From the NCBI GenBank assembly GCA_951406725.2, contig OX597818.1, positions 114,390,001 through 114,454,000 of the forward strand: a stretch of 64,000 nt of DNA. Direction: 5' to 3'. Shown piece after piece: positions 13,962 to 26,229 of this stretch. The notes under the pieces were generated by a model that saw only the letters and a list, made by a program, of their open reading frames with translations, was not told where the DNA came from and did no database searches. The position numbers were made by a program, and so were the translations under genes. Position 1 is the first letter of the stretch, and each line of letters begins with the position of its first letter. The stretch comes from Octopus vulgaris (taxonomy: Eukaryota).

Positions 13962-14550
13962 GGGCGGCGAGCTGGCAGAATCGTTAGCACGCCGGGTGGA
14001 ATGCTTAGCCGTATTTCGTCTGTCGTTACGTTCTGAGTTCAAATTCTGCCGAGGTCGACTTTGCCTTTCATCCTTTCGGGGTCGATTAAATACGTACCAG
14101 CTAAACACTGGGGTCGATATAATCGACTTAATCCGTCTGTATGTCCTTGTTTGTCTCCTCTGTGTTTAGCAACTTGTGGGTAATAAAGAAATAGGAATTT
14201 CGTTTGCCGCTACGTTCTGAGTTCAAATTCCACCGCGGTCGACTTTGCCTTTCATCCTTTCGGGTTCGATTAAACAAGTACCAGTTACGCACTGGGGTTG
14301 ATTTAATCGACTTAATCCGTTTGTCTGTCCTTGTTTCTCCTCTCTGTGTTTAGCTCCTTGTGGGTAGTAAAGAAATAGAAATAGGTATTTCGTCTGTCTT
14401 TATGTTCTTAGTTCAAATTCCGCCGAGGTCGACTTTGCCTTTCATCCTTTCGGGGTCGATAAATTAAGTACCAGTTGCCTATTGGGGTCGATCTAATCGA
14501 CTGTCCTCCTCCCCCAAAATTTCGGACCTTGTGCCTGGAGCAGAAAAGAA
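13962..14550 (+). mobile_element. SINE family B trimer (one head plus three bodies) in intron 2
   Basis: Head ggcggcgagctggcagaa, then three tandem ~180-bp bodies. The last ends in the alternative tail ccttgtgcctggagcagaaaagaat. Confidence 0.9.
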
Positions 14551-14710
14551 TTTAGCCATTATTTAGCTATTATTTAGCCATTATTTAGCCATTATTTAGC
14601 TAATCTACATAGTTTGATTATGTATAGAAAAATACTGAGTTATTTTTTCCTTTAATTGAATATTATATTATAGATAATTATATAATTGCTTATTTCTCTT
14701 TCTTTTGCAG

Positions 14711-14770
14711 ATTGTTTTACCTTCAGTTATGTTTGTCGGAGCAGCGAATATATTACAGCGATTTATCTGA
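14711..14770 (+). CDS. Coding exon 3 of the same gene (hydrophobic C-terminus, candidate GPI signal)
   Basis: Acceptor tttctctttcttttgcAG at 14709-14710. Phase 0, reads IVLPSVMFVGAANILQRFI-TGA, followed by an AT-rich 3' UTR. Confidence 0.8.
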   Translation: MVLPSVMFVGAANILQRFI

Positions 14771-14835
14771 ATGATTATTTTCAATCAATAATATTTCCAC
14801 ATAATTTTTTATATATAAAGTTTTGAAATAACATA

Positions 14836-14841
14836 AATAAA
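14836..14841 (+). promoter_or_regulatory. Candidate polyadenylation signal of the small glycopeptide gene
   Basis: First AATAAA after the stop codon (65 nt gap), followed by a GT-rich stretch (ttgtttg). AATAAA is common in AT-rich DNA. Confidence 0.45.
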
Positions 14842-15791
14842 TCCTTCGATAATTGTTTGACTAATATAAATCCGTCTTCATATGTTCAATGGTTATACTA
14901 CAATCGATGCCGAAAAATAAACTAACGATGAATAATGAAATTGAATTTGCTTTCGGGTTTGGAGGAGCCGAATATAAAAGTGAAAAACAAACAAAACAAA
15001 GAACAAAAACAAAAAAGAAAAAACGGTATATGAATCCAGACCCAGAATGAAGTAAAACCATCAGAAAATAATATAAGTGTAATTTGTTTAAATAAATAAA
15101 TATCATTCCGACATAAAATTAAAATATTTATTTATTTATTTCTCGTCGATGGAGCTTGAGAGCAATCTTTTTTTCTTTTTTTTACCATGTGACTTTGAGT
15201 CTACTGGTCAAGGTATAAGATGCTCAAATTGCCTCTTCTTTCTCAGCATTCACCACGTTGATATATGATCAAAGGTAATCTATCAGTAGCCACGATATCG
15301 TATATTTTTTTAAAATTCTGACATGGATTAAGAAATAAAATTAAGTATAAAATTTGTATCCTTCCGTTTCTATTTTAAGGCGATAGGATGTTATCTGTGA
15401 GAGATTTGGTTGTTATTTTTAGCAAGTCGAAAGATCATTTAGAAGCTGTCCCCTTAAAATTGTAGTAAAAGCTGTCAAAGTAACCCCTTTACAGTGCACG
15501 GTTCTGCTAGAATAACAACCAAATCTCTCAGATGATACCGTACTGTCTTACAAAAGAGGATTGCAGGATAATACAATTTTGTATGCAGTATGTTTGAAAA
15601 AAATGGGAGGGATATGAAAAGAGGGGTGGCTATTGATTAAAGGCTTGCTTGATCCTAGATTTGTTCAATTTGGAATACTATGGTTCAGTGCAACGGTAGA
15701 AGTCAAGCAGCTTACTCCTCTTAGGGATAGCAAATTCCGTTACATACACACATACATACATACATACATACATACATACATACATACATAC

Positions 15792-16200
15792 ATGATGGCT
15801 TCCCCCTCGTTATCGAATATGGCCATTGCACGAAGCTTAACTGATATTGGTGTTGTGATCGAATGTGACTTTTTAGCCCAGCTAAAGATCTACAATGTCT
15901 TGTGCAGAATTGGCAGCTAAAAACTTTACCGGCAATAGCCGGCTGTAGTTGTAACTGGGCTTCATGTACCTTTGCATGTCGTTTAAGTCCTCCTGCCGAA
16001 TTACACTCTCTTCCACATGCCTGACAGATATGATTAGTATGGTGTGTAACACCACCACTAGTGGCCAGGTTGTCACTCATCTGTCTCGTTTTATGACTAC
16101 GAAGATGACTCTTAAGTCCAGCTTTACTGAGGCAGGGTCTTGCACACACACACACTGCATGTCAGCATCATAGGAAGACCCTTCCCTAATGGAAGAGTAA
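15792..16200 (-). mobile_element. 3' end of an RTE-type LINE encoding three tandem C2H2-like zinc fingers
   Basis: CVCARPCLSKAGLKSHLRSH / CQACGRECNSAGGLKRHAKVH / CQFCTRHCRSLAGLKSHIRSQH, followed by an RTE-like end (gccatattcgataacgagggggaagccatc). Embedded in (CATA)n on both sides. Confidence 0.65.
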
Positions 16201-16262
16201 CATACATACATACATACATACATACATACATACATACATACATACAAACATACATACATGCA

Positions 16263-16296
<34 letters not shown>

Positions 16297-16849
16297 CATA
16301 CATACATACATACATACATACATACATACATACATACATACATACATACATAGATACTTACATACATATACACGTATATACATGAGAGAGCAATACCGAC
16401 ACGAGTTGGAGAAAGTTCCACCGACCTGATCTTATCAGTGATCAACGAAATTGCGAGATAACAAGTAGCTCAAATCCAAATTCCTAACTTTCGGACAACA
16501 ATGTCCTGCTATATTGTGCCGCAGTAACTGTGCACCAACAGCTGGGAGTAAGAGAGACCTATCCGAACGATAACACAGAGCCAAAAATGGATTTTTTTTC
16601 TTCCATCAATGGACTCAGGGAAAAAGATAAGTCAGTTGGACTCTATCATCAAAAATTCGAGGCTAAATATGAGTTCACGAATCACCAGCTAAGACTGCAT
16701 GATAGGTTCTCCAAGTTGTATGAGTAATGCCGCCGAGAAACAACCACAGAAAAACGTATCGGTCTCAAATATGATCTATGTGCAGTAAGTAAATAACTTG
16801 GTTATTGTAAAAAAAAATTACATGAACGGAAAATGATAAAATGACAGTT

Positions 16850-19305
16850 TGCTTGAAATTCACAAGCAGTATATTACAGTTATTATGAAACTCCCGAATG
16901 GAAAATCATCAGGGAGAGGCCTGATAGTAGGTTACTGGTACACAAACCTCACGTTCTTCAGGGAAACTCTCATGAACATGTTTAAAATGTAATGGACACT
17001 GAGCTAGATATACGAGATTGGCTGACGTTTGCATGGGCTACTCTTATCCCCACCCTCCCAAAAAACAAAGGAACCCATGTGACCAAAAACTATAGGCTCA
17101 TAGCATAACAAGATATTAAGACTACATACTGCGGCAGAAAAGAATAAAATTAATGTCACCCACAAATGTTTGTTTTGTTTGCTGACCTGTACACAGACTG
17201 CCTGAATATGTATATGAATATGACCTTAAGTATACCAATCAATATCACCGTAATATCTTAACGGTATGGCTAGCCTAAAAGAAGGCGTTCGACTCTATGC
17301 TTCACTCGTGGGTGGTAGAATCATTACGCTTTGCCAAAGTACCAGCTGTTATTGTGAATGGCATTGAAAGATTGACCACAACCTGGTCCACACAGTTATC
17401 ACTGACAACTGCTAATGCAACACCAACTGTCATGAACACAATTAAGTTATCAATAGGCATATTCCAGGCCGATAGTTTATCTGCAATGTTGTTTGTAGTA
17501 ACAGTGAATCTTTTGTCAGCCCTTTTAACAAGATGCCAAGACTACATGCTTGGATATGCAGGAAAGAATAAAATTAATGTCACCCACACATTTTTGTTGA
17601 AGACCTAAAGTTATATTCTAGTAATATGAATAAACTGGAGGGTTAATTGAAACTAGTTACAATATTCTCACGAGATATAGGAATAGAGTTTGAGTAAGAT
17701 GAATGCTCATATATGATAGACAACCGAGGAAAGATTCTCGATCAAGCAAAGAACATGTGCATCAACGGCTTGTCTGTCTCCCCTATCTCTAATGATGGAA
17801 GTTACAAGCACCTCGGAATCAATGAGAATGTTGCATACGTTGGTACTGTGACTAAAGCCAGAATAACAAAAAGAATACTTCTGTAAACTCTGGAAAATAT
17901 GGAACTCAGAGCTGTCTGCATTTAATAAGATCGTACACCACAATTCTTCTGCAGTACCAGTTCTAGTACCAACATTTTAAATATTGGACTAGACACTCAA
18001 TGAAATACGCAGTCTGGACATAAAAACCAGAAAAGAACTGACCAACACTGGCAACTTCCACATTAACTGTGACACCGACAGGAGAAAAAGTGATGGCGGT
18101 TGAGGCATAAGGCCAGTCCAAACAGCATTTGAATGTCATATTGTACCAGTCAGAGCTACTGGACAGTAATGAAAGAAATGAGTACATTCCAAAAATACTC
18201 AAAATGGAGATCAAAAACGTCTTCAGAGTTGAAGAACTACTGTGCAGGCACTCTGAGGATACATGTCTCATACGCCCCAAATGAGGCTGGACTCGCCTAT
18301 CTAAAGAGAAGCTTGGAGGAGATGTTGGTATCATACCAACAAAAAGCAATGCATGGGTACATACTCCGTAAACTAAAGGGCCACAGCAGCATTGACAGAA
18401 AAAGTCGATTCTCCTGGACCTGCGATAGATACATTACATTCTATCTCGAAGAATATGTCTTCACTATCCAGGAACAGGAGATAGGTCCTAAATACCTGAG
18501 GGACAAAGATACCCCCAAACCTTCACGCTATGATAAAAATGTCGACTCTGCTATATCAACGTGGAGGATACCAACCACATTATCAGCAGCTGCTTTAAAA
18601 CGTCTACGAGATGCTACCTGCTCCTGAGGCATGACGTAATTGCAATAACTATTTACAATGCTCTGATGTATGCATCAAATACATGTCAGAAGCAACAGGT
18701 ATTCATTCTTTAAGGCGGCGAGCTGGCAGAAACGTTAGCGCGCCGGGCGAAATGCTGCGCGGTATTTCATCTGAGTTCTGAGTTCAAATTCTGCCAAGGT
18801 CGACTTTGCCTTTCATCCTATCGGGGTCGATTAAATAAGTACTAGTTACGCACTGGGGTCGATGTAACCGACTTAATCCGTTTGTCTGTCCTTGTTTGTC
18901 TCCTCCATGTTTAGCCTCTTGTGGGCATTAAAGAAATAGGTATTCATTCTTTTAAAAACAAGGAATACTGGTGGAATACCCCAATAAAATATCAATTCGG
19001 TGCAAAGATGATAGACCTGATATTATTCTGTAGGACAGGAACAAAAGTTGTGCACTGCTGTAGATGTCAGCGGTCCAGTGGATGTGAATTTATAATTATA
19101 AGTCCAGAGGATGTTTATGGCGAATTAGTGGGCAACTTACAGCTCTTGTACTCTATGAATTCTCATTTGTTATTATCATCAGCGGTGCATTAGGTTATAT
19201 ACCAACTCATTTGTACAAAAAAAAACACCAGAAAACTAGAAATTCTTGGTTTCACGGAAAAACAACAAAAGAAACTGACGCGGATTCTCTAAACGCAATC
19301 TAAGC
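16850..19305 (+). mobile_element. Decayed R4/Dong-type non-LTR retrotransposon (RT, CCHC knuckle, RLE endonuclease)
   Basis: AFDSMLHSW, GIFQADSLS, (F)VEDLKLY, KAMHG, CRLC..EDTNHIISSC..LRHDVI and RPDII motifs spread over broken frames. Interrupted by a SINE at 18712-18937. Confidence 0.8.
18712..18937 (+). mobile_element. SINE family B monomer with 15-bp target-site duplication
   Basis: aggtattcattcttt at 18697-18711 and 18938-18952. Confidence 0.9.
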
Positions 19306-19665
19306 AGTTATCCAAAAATGTCATCGCGTTACTATCTACCGATGAGACATGATGTTGTAAGCAAGGGACTGTATAGTGGGATACGCGGAAAGAGTAAACA
19401 TGAGGTCAAAAATATAAGAACCCACAGTATGGTAGATACCATAGCCACTCATAATAAGTCCTGGTGGAATATTCCAGAGAAAAGCTCAATAAAATGTAAA
19501 CACAACAGACCTGAGACAATGGTTTGGGACGCAGAAGAGAACCTGTGTACAGTTGTGGGAATGAGCTGTCCAGCCGATGTTAACATAAAGCCAAAGATGA
19601 GCGAAAAGGAAAATACCTACGCTCAACTGTTGAGGAATCTACAGTTACTGTACCTGGAATACAAG
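19305..19665 (+). mobile_element. Second R4/Dong-type RLE-domain fragment
   Basis: YYLPMRHDVV...HNRPETMVWD...VVGMSCPADVNI..KENTYAQL, paralogous to the adjacent copy. Confidence 0.75.
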
Positions 19666-20033
19666 ACATTATGCCAAGAATCATTGGCTCATCTTCGTCG
19701 TTGTTTAGTTCCAGACTAAACATAATTGAACAAAAATCTAAATTCAAAAGATATTTCTTTCATAATCTTCATTTTGTCTATGCCTAAGACTGTACGCATT
19801 GAACGGCCGAATGATTAAGAAGTTCGTACGCAACTCAAGGCAACGTTGTTCGATTTCACTGCGCGATATTCTTCGATAAATGTAATTTTTTATAGGCTAC
19901 AATTCGATCATTGTGTGTAAAGATGTATATACGGAAGCTGTATAGAAAGAAACTCGTCCGATGGGTTGTGCCTTGTCACACTTTATGTCACTCTATGTCA
20001 CACTATGTCACACTGTATGTCACACTGTATGTG

Positions 20034-20345
20034 TGGAGGTACATGGCCTAGTGGTTAGAGCAGCTGACTCGCGGTCGAGGGATCGCGGGTTCGAATCTCA
20101 GACCGTGCGATGTGTGTGTTTATGAGCGAAATACCTAAGCTCCATGCGGCTCCGGCAGAAGGTAATGGTGAACTTCTGCTGACTCTTTCGCCACAACTTT
20201 CTCTCACTCTTTCCTCCTGCATCTTGCAGCTCATCTGCGACGGACTGGCGTCCCATCCACGTGGGGAACATATACGCCAAGGAAACCGGGAAACCGGCCC
20301 TTATGAGCCAGGCATGGCTTGAGAAGGAACAAACAAAAAAAAGCA
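20034..20345 (+). mobile_element. SINE family C (tRNA-like head, A-rich tail)
   Basis: A box tggcctagtggttagagc and B box gggttcgaatc. Related heads with a different 3' part at ~24750-25110 and ~37678-38040. Confidence 0.85.
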
Positions 20346-20439
20346 AAAACAAAAAAAAAACAAACACTATGTCACATTTTTTCTCAGAATATTTTGCACA
20401 ATAATTTTTAAAGAAATCTGGACAACTTTCTTATTGCTA

Positions 20440-20895
20440 ACCATTCAACTTGCTGCTACCCGCATGGTTCATGGTCTCAAAAATTTGTCTTATGAAGAAA
20501 GGCTGAAGACGCTCGACCTTTATTCTCTAGAAAAACGCCGCCGCCGTGGTGATCTGATTCTCGCTCACAACATCGTAAGCGGAAAGTGTAACCTCTCGAA
20601 AGAGCTGTTCTTCACTCCTGCTCCAGAGCGTCGGCTGCGGGGTCATTCCGAAAAGCTCTACCTGCGACGATTTCATCTCAATCGAAGGAGAGGAGCTTTC
20701 GCCGTCCGGGTTGCGGATCCGTGGAACAAGCTGCCGGACGAGATGGTGAAGATGCCGACGACCGCTTTGTTCAAAGTCTCCCTTGACCTCAAGTGGCCTG
20801 AACTCTTTACATGAACACCACCCTGTACTTAACTCCATGTCCCCCTACATGGCCTTGCTATTTGCTTTTGAGCCAAATTAACTAACTAACTAACT
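20440..20895 (+). mobile_element. 5'-truncated CR1-clade LINE 3' end, apparently young
   Basis: Open C-terminal frame ATRMVHGLKNLSYEERLKTLDLYSLEKRRRRGDLI...RGHSEKL...FAVRVADPWNKLP, short 3' UTR, (AACT)n tail. Confidence 0.9.
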
Positions 20896-21941
20896 TCAAA
20901 TTACAATTGTTAATTGATGGACGTCAAGCAGACTGGGATGTACATATAATGTTATCGTATAAAGGGGAAGTTCAATAGGAAGTGTTGAACTCATTATTTT
21001 GTGGTTAGTAATACATTACCTTAAATTTGAAGCCATTAAGTCTTTAAGCTATTTTACTGCGTTTAGTCTTTCAACGTTCGCCATGATGGAGTATCACCTT
21101 AAAAAATTTAATTGATCATACTGACCTCAGTACATATTTCAATCTGGCATTTATTTTATAGATCTCTGCTTGATGAACTGCTAAGTTTGAGACATAGTGG
21201 GACATAATACTCGATTTAACAACAAATGTAAACACACGCACACACATATTAGGCGCAAGAATGACTGCGTGGTTGAGACGTTTACTTCGAAATCACATCG
21301 TCCCACGTTCAGCCCATCTGCATGGTACCATGGGCAAGTGTTTTCTACTATAGCCCTAGGCCAACCACAGACTTGTGACTGAATTTGGTGGACGGAAACT
21401 GCAGCACTGATCATCAGAAAATGACCGGAAAACATGTTTATAAAAAAGAGTTGTTTGCTTCATACTCCACGTGTGCCGATTCTGCCCATAAGAAAGGAAC
21501 AAATAATACAATGTGGCTGTAGGTCATAACACCTGGGCAACGCCGGGGTGTATGGCAAGTAACGAAAATGAAGAAGCAGCACCCATACCGCTGTAATGCT
21601 GCTACTATTGCTGCGGGAGCTGTTCATGATGGAAATAAATAAATAAATGAATTCATAAAAAATACATAAATTGATAATTGTCCTACATAGAATCAAGTAA
21701 CTTTTTGATACCGAATGTCAATAAGTACTTTGAAATAAAGTTAAATATAGAAAACAATAAAATGTATTCACACTTAGTCATGCATCCAAACGATTTTATT
21801 ATTTTTTCTTCTGGAACAGACTAACTGCATGTATATAATTGCGTGTGTCTATGTGTCTATGTGTACTTCAGGATGTGTACACCTACACGTAATACACACA
21901 CACACACACACACACATGCACGCACACATACTCACACACAC

Positions 21942-22797
21942 GTTGTCTGATCAATAGGTATCCAGTCTGTTGTCATAGTAACGAAGCTAGAGCAAGCAGA
22001 GTAAAACCGCTTCGCACAGATTGACCTTAAACTTTGATGTGCAGGCTCACTAAGTTTTAATGTTCTGGCTCAAATCCGCATTTTACAGCAGTGCTTTAAA
22101 GGAAGGTGCGTAGCGTGTGATCGTCGCACCGAAAATGACAGAGAAAGTTGAGCAGAGAGTCTGCATCAAATTTTGCCAAAAGTTTGGTTATACCTGTTCA
22201 GAAGCCTACGCAAATTTTCAAAAGGTTTTCATCATTCTCAACACAATCAAGGACATCTTGTGCAACTGAAACCCAATTGTCTTTTTGGTCAGCTGAAAGC
22301 AATTTTGACACAAACTTGGCAGACAGGCATCTCATATACAAATCTTTAGTGATAATGGACTGAAATGTAACTAATCTGCACGTTCTCTGATAACTCACGG
22401 TTGGTGATTCTACGATTTCCTCTCACAGCTGCACGCACATCTCCGATGTTTTTCTCAGTTCTGCTGGTTGCTGGTCTCCCAGAAAGTTCGTCAATATCGA
22501 CATTTTTTCGGCCATCTTGGAAACGTGAGAACCACTCGTAGACTTTCTGCAACTTTGCGTAGGCCTCTGAGTCGGTTTCGCCATGACAAATATCTTTGTC
22601 ATGGTCAATGCAACGATCACACGCTATACAACCTCCTTCCAAGCACTGCTGTAGACAGCGGAGGTGAGCCAGATCGTTAAAACGTATTGCGCATGCACAG
22701 TAGAGTTCAAGGTCAATCTTTGCAAAGCGGCTCTATTCTGCGTACTTTAGCTTCGTTATTATGGCAACAGTATGGTAACTTATTGATCAGACCGCAT
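21942..22797. mobile_element. Mariner derivative made of two left ends facing each other
   Basis: Plus arm: TIR gtctgatcaatag..., then MTEKVEQRVCIKFCQK. Minus arm: same TIR, then EAYAKLQKVYEWFSRFQDGR..SGRPATS..LYMRCLSAKFVSKLL. No catalytic domain. Confidence 0.8.
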
Positions 22798-22817
22798 ATA
22801 AATATATAAATACAAAC

Positions 22818-22862
<45 letters not shown>

Positions 22863-22919
22863 TAAAAACGGTTTGAAAACAAAAGAAAGAGACCTGAATA
22901 TTATGTAAATAGAGGAATT

Positions 22920-23083
22920 TATCTGTAAAATAATATGTGACAATTATTCAGTAGCCAAGATAAAACTCTGAGTTTCGGATGCGGATAACCGAAGAGATGG
23001 TGGTGTGGATTTCCACCTCGGCATCCGAAACTCAGAGTTTTATCTTGGCTACTGAATTATTGTCACATATTATTTTACAGATA
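22920..23083. repeat. Near-perfect 63-bp inverted repeat overlapping a hammerhead-like motif
   Basis: Arms 22920-22982 and 23021-23083 with one mismatch. gataa-CCGAAGA-gatg..catc-c-GAAA-ctcagag-TT-ttatc at 22984-23044. Confidence 0.85.
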
Positions 23084-23099
23084 TATATGTATATATATA

Positions 23100-23545
23100 A
23101 AAACTTAGATATGTTTCGACCAGAGATTGGTCCAGGCCATGTCTAACTTAATAGCACCACCTGATAGGATTATTCGAATCCTGTTTAAGTCAAGTTTTGT
23201 TCAAGTAGTGAGTTCTTGTTGGGTGAGTTGTATCCAATTATGGGTGGCTTATCTGGTATTCTTTGAAGGAATCTATCCAGACTCTGTTTAAAGTTGATGG
23301 GATCCTTTTCCTCTTTGATCTCCCTCGGGACAATGTTAAATAGGGCAGGGCCTGTTGAGGAAAAGAAATTATGTTGCAGTGTACATGTATGTTGTGATCT
23401 TGAATTTGGTAGTGGACGCATAGCTCGTGGTCCAAGTCTTGGATGAATCTTGAAGCTAATGTTTAGGTCGTTTGGGCAAAGTTGGCGGTATATTTTCCAC
23501 ATCGTACAAATGATGTACCGCTCACGGCGACGCTGGAGGGAGTAA
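23100..23545 (-). mobile_element. CR1-like LINE 3' fragment
   Basis: YSLQRRRERYII..WKI...GPALFNIVPREIK..FKQSLDRFLQRIPDKP plus 3' UTR. Related fragments at ~45520-45730 and ~50657-50870. Confidence 0.85.
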
Positions 23546-24009
23546 TATATATATATATATAACTTACGCACACATAGACTTTTATGCGCGTGCGAGGGAT
23601 TTTGTGTGTATAAAAAGAACCTTATAGTAAAACTGGAGAACTCCCCTCGACGAATCGACTGCAGAGAAACAATCTTACACACACGCGCACAGACAAAGCA
23701 GAAGAGTAGCTTACATATGTAAAAAATGAAAATGAGTTAAAAGTGCTACATTTGCTCAGTTGCATATCAACACACTCGTTGACAGCCACTATTAATCAAC
23801 TAAAATATTGAAACAATGCGTGTGTGTGAGTGTGAATATTTTGTAAATATACATACATGCTTATTTCTTATTTCGTTTCCTAAACATAAATTCAACTGAG
23901 TTGAGTAAATCAACCCCGTAGTTAAACCAAATGATTTTCTCTGCAGAATGAACTACAGAAAAACTCGTCTAATTTCAACGACTCATTACAGTTTCACTGG
24001 AGGTATTCA

Positions 24010-24200
24010 CTTAATGTGTAGCTGATTGGGAGTTTTAGTAAGACTTCACACACGGCACGCAGTTGTTCTTGTGGAATCGAAGCTCATTCCTGGCGTAGTT
24101 TTGCCTTCAGAGCATCGAGTGAAGCATGAGGAGTGCTCAAAACCCTCGTCTTCAAAATAGACCAAACAGAAAAATCCATTGGGTTAACATCGGAGTTTCT
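24010..24200 (-). mobile_element. Tc1/mariner transposase C-terminal relic (DD37D/maT-like)
   Basis: Minus strand SDVNPMDFSVWSILKTRVLSTPHASLDALKAKLRQE*ASIPQEQLRAVC, an SPDLNPxDxxxW-type motif. Confidence 0.7.
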
Positions 24201-24439
24201 TGAAAGCTATACATCTTTATCTGTAAAGCGGCAACCTGGCAGAAATGTTAGCACGCCGGGCGAAATGCGTAGCCGTATTTCGTCTGCTGTTATGTTCTGA
24301 GTTCAAATTTCGCCGAGGTCGACTTTGCTTTTCATCCTTTCGGGGTCGATAAATTAAGTACCAGTTACACACTGGGGTCGATGTAATCGACTTAATACCT
24401 ATGTCTGTCCTTGTTTGTCCCCTCTATGTTTTTTTTCTG

Positions 24440-24748
24440 AATCCAGTGTTGTGCCTGTTTGGAGCTGTTGGATGATACCGAAACCCGTTGGAGGCTCTCA
24501 CTTATTTCGGCCGCTTGTATCCGGATTCGTAATCTTTCGGTCGTTACTCAACATTCGCGACCATAGGTAAGAATAGGCAGGAAAATCAATGTGAAATAGC
24601 AATTTTGGCATTTTTCCAACCTTTCCTCATCTGAAGGTCAAATGTTAGAACTGACTTATATCTATGCCAGCACCTGTAACTCAAGCTCTCAATCCAGCCA
24701 CCCGATACTCGTCAGTCGTGAATACAACCCTGAAGTACTTACACTTCG
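24440..24748 (-). mobile_element. RTE-type LINE fragment
   Basis: Minus strand IFLPILTYGREC*VTTERLRIRIQAAEI. Confidence 0.55.
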
Positions 24749-25429
24749 ATGGAGGCGCAATGGCCCAGTGGTTAGGGCAGCGAACTCGCGGTCGTAAGAT
24801 CGCGGTTTCGATTCGCAAACCGGGTATTGTGAGTGTTTATTGAGCAAAAACAACTAAAGCTCTACGAAGCTCCGGCAGGGGTGGTGGCGAATCCCGCTGA
24901 TTTCTTTTACCACAACTTTCTCTCAGTCTTTCTTCCTGTTTCTGTATTTCAAAGGGCCAGCCTTGCCACACTCTGTGTCGCGCTGAATCTCCCCAAGAAC
25001 TACGTCAAGGGTAAACGTGTCTGTGAAGTACTTAGCCACTTGCACGTTAATTTCACGAGCAGGCTGTTCCGTTGATCGGATCAACTGGAACCCTCGTCGT
25101 CGTAACCAACGTTCGACTAACATTTAGGGAGCGCGAGGAAATTCTCGAAATATTTTTATTAGAAGTTCTTTTTAAATTACCATGCCTCATAGTAAGAAAT
25201 ATGAATTTCTCTCATCCCTTGGATGATATTCGTTTTTCAAATGCAAAACACTTGTCAATACTCTATCAGTTATCAATTGCATAATTGCTATCAGTGTATA
25301 ATTTTACACAAAATACATCAATATATCCCAATGATACTATCGGTTTGTTTAAGAATGTTGAATGAAATACGCATGTTTCTAGACGTGAATTATTCAAACC
25401 CTAAAGAATTCTTTTTAACATATAGCGAT

Positions 25430-25700
25430 AATGTTCCCCCACTACTTCTGCTCGTGATCAGAGATGCTCATATGGTCAGCCATTAAGGAACATGCTCAAA
25501 TGGTTAAAGTCCCGCAACTGAAAAGCAAATCTGTGGTACAGAGCAGAATAGTTCCTGTAACCCATCTTTTATACAAATACAAAGCATGTACGTGATAACA
25601 CTTCCAATCAGTTAAGATCAAAAGTTATGAGAGCTAGTGCCTGGTACTGCATGAGGGCACTGAGAGCCACTGCTTGGTACTGCATCAGAGCATTTATTAT
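25430..25700 (-). mobile_element. 5' part of the (AAT)n-associated non-coding element (see 56864)
   Basis: Reverse complement of tgccctgatgcagtaccaggcagtggctctc...gagcagaagtagtgggg, starting at (AAT)n. Confidence 0.8.
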
Positions 25701-25707
25701 TATTATT

Positions 25708-26066
25708 GCCTTTGCACAGCTTCTAACGCTGGAGGTGTACTACAGTGTCAGCTGTTCACTGCCAGTGAACTAAGGTAATACCTCTTATTTTTCGAGCACC
25801 TTCCGGAGTAATCGAGCAGTTTCAAGCAGTGCTGTTTTCTGCAAGTGCTCCACCCTTATTGTAGCCCCTATATGTTCCACGTACTTCTCGAGATTCTTAC
25901 TCCTTGTTCCCAGGGCTCTGACAATTATTGGTACTACTGCTACCTTTTTCATCGGTCACACCTGTTTAACTTCCCAAGCTAACCTGTCATATCTTTCGAT
26001 TTTCTTTATTCCTTGTTGTCAGCTGGGCATGCTTTGATCCAGCATAGTTTGTTTTCTTTCTCAATG
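25708..26066 (-). mobile_element. R4/Dong-type RLE C-terminal fragment flanked by (TAA)n
   Basis: ACPAD..KIERYDRLAWEVK..VPIIVRALGT..EHLQKTALLETARLLRKVL. Confidence 0.8.
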
Positions 26067-26087
26067 AAATTATTATTATTATTATTA

Positions 26088-26195
<108 letters not shown>

Positions 26196-26229
26196 ATTAT
26201 TATTATTATTATTAATAGTTTCATATACA

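Noticed and set aside
13962-14550. Tandem ~180-bp units as a CRISPR-like array or retrozyme
   Set aside because: There are no unique spacers, the units are SINE bodies, and I found no CUGANGA/GAAA core on either strand.
20034-20110. tRNA gene
   Set aside because: A/B boxes are present, but the sequence continues into a repeated SINE body and related copies occur at 24750 and 37678.
23947-24002. Possible exon between ctgcAG and GTattc
   Set aside because: It abuts a Tc1/mariner relic on the opposite strand, and I found no compatible partner exons.
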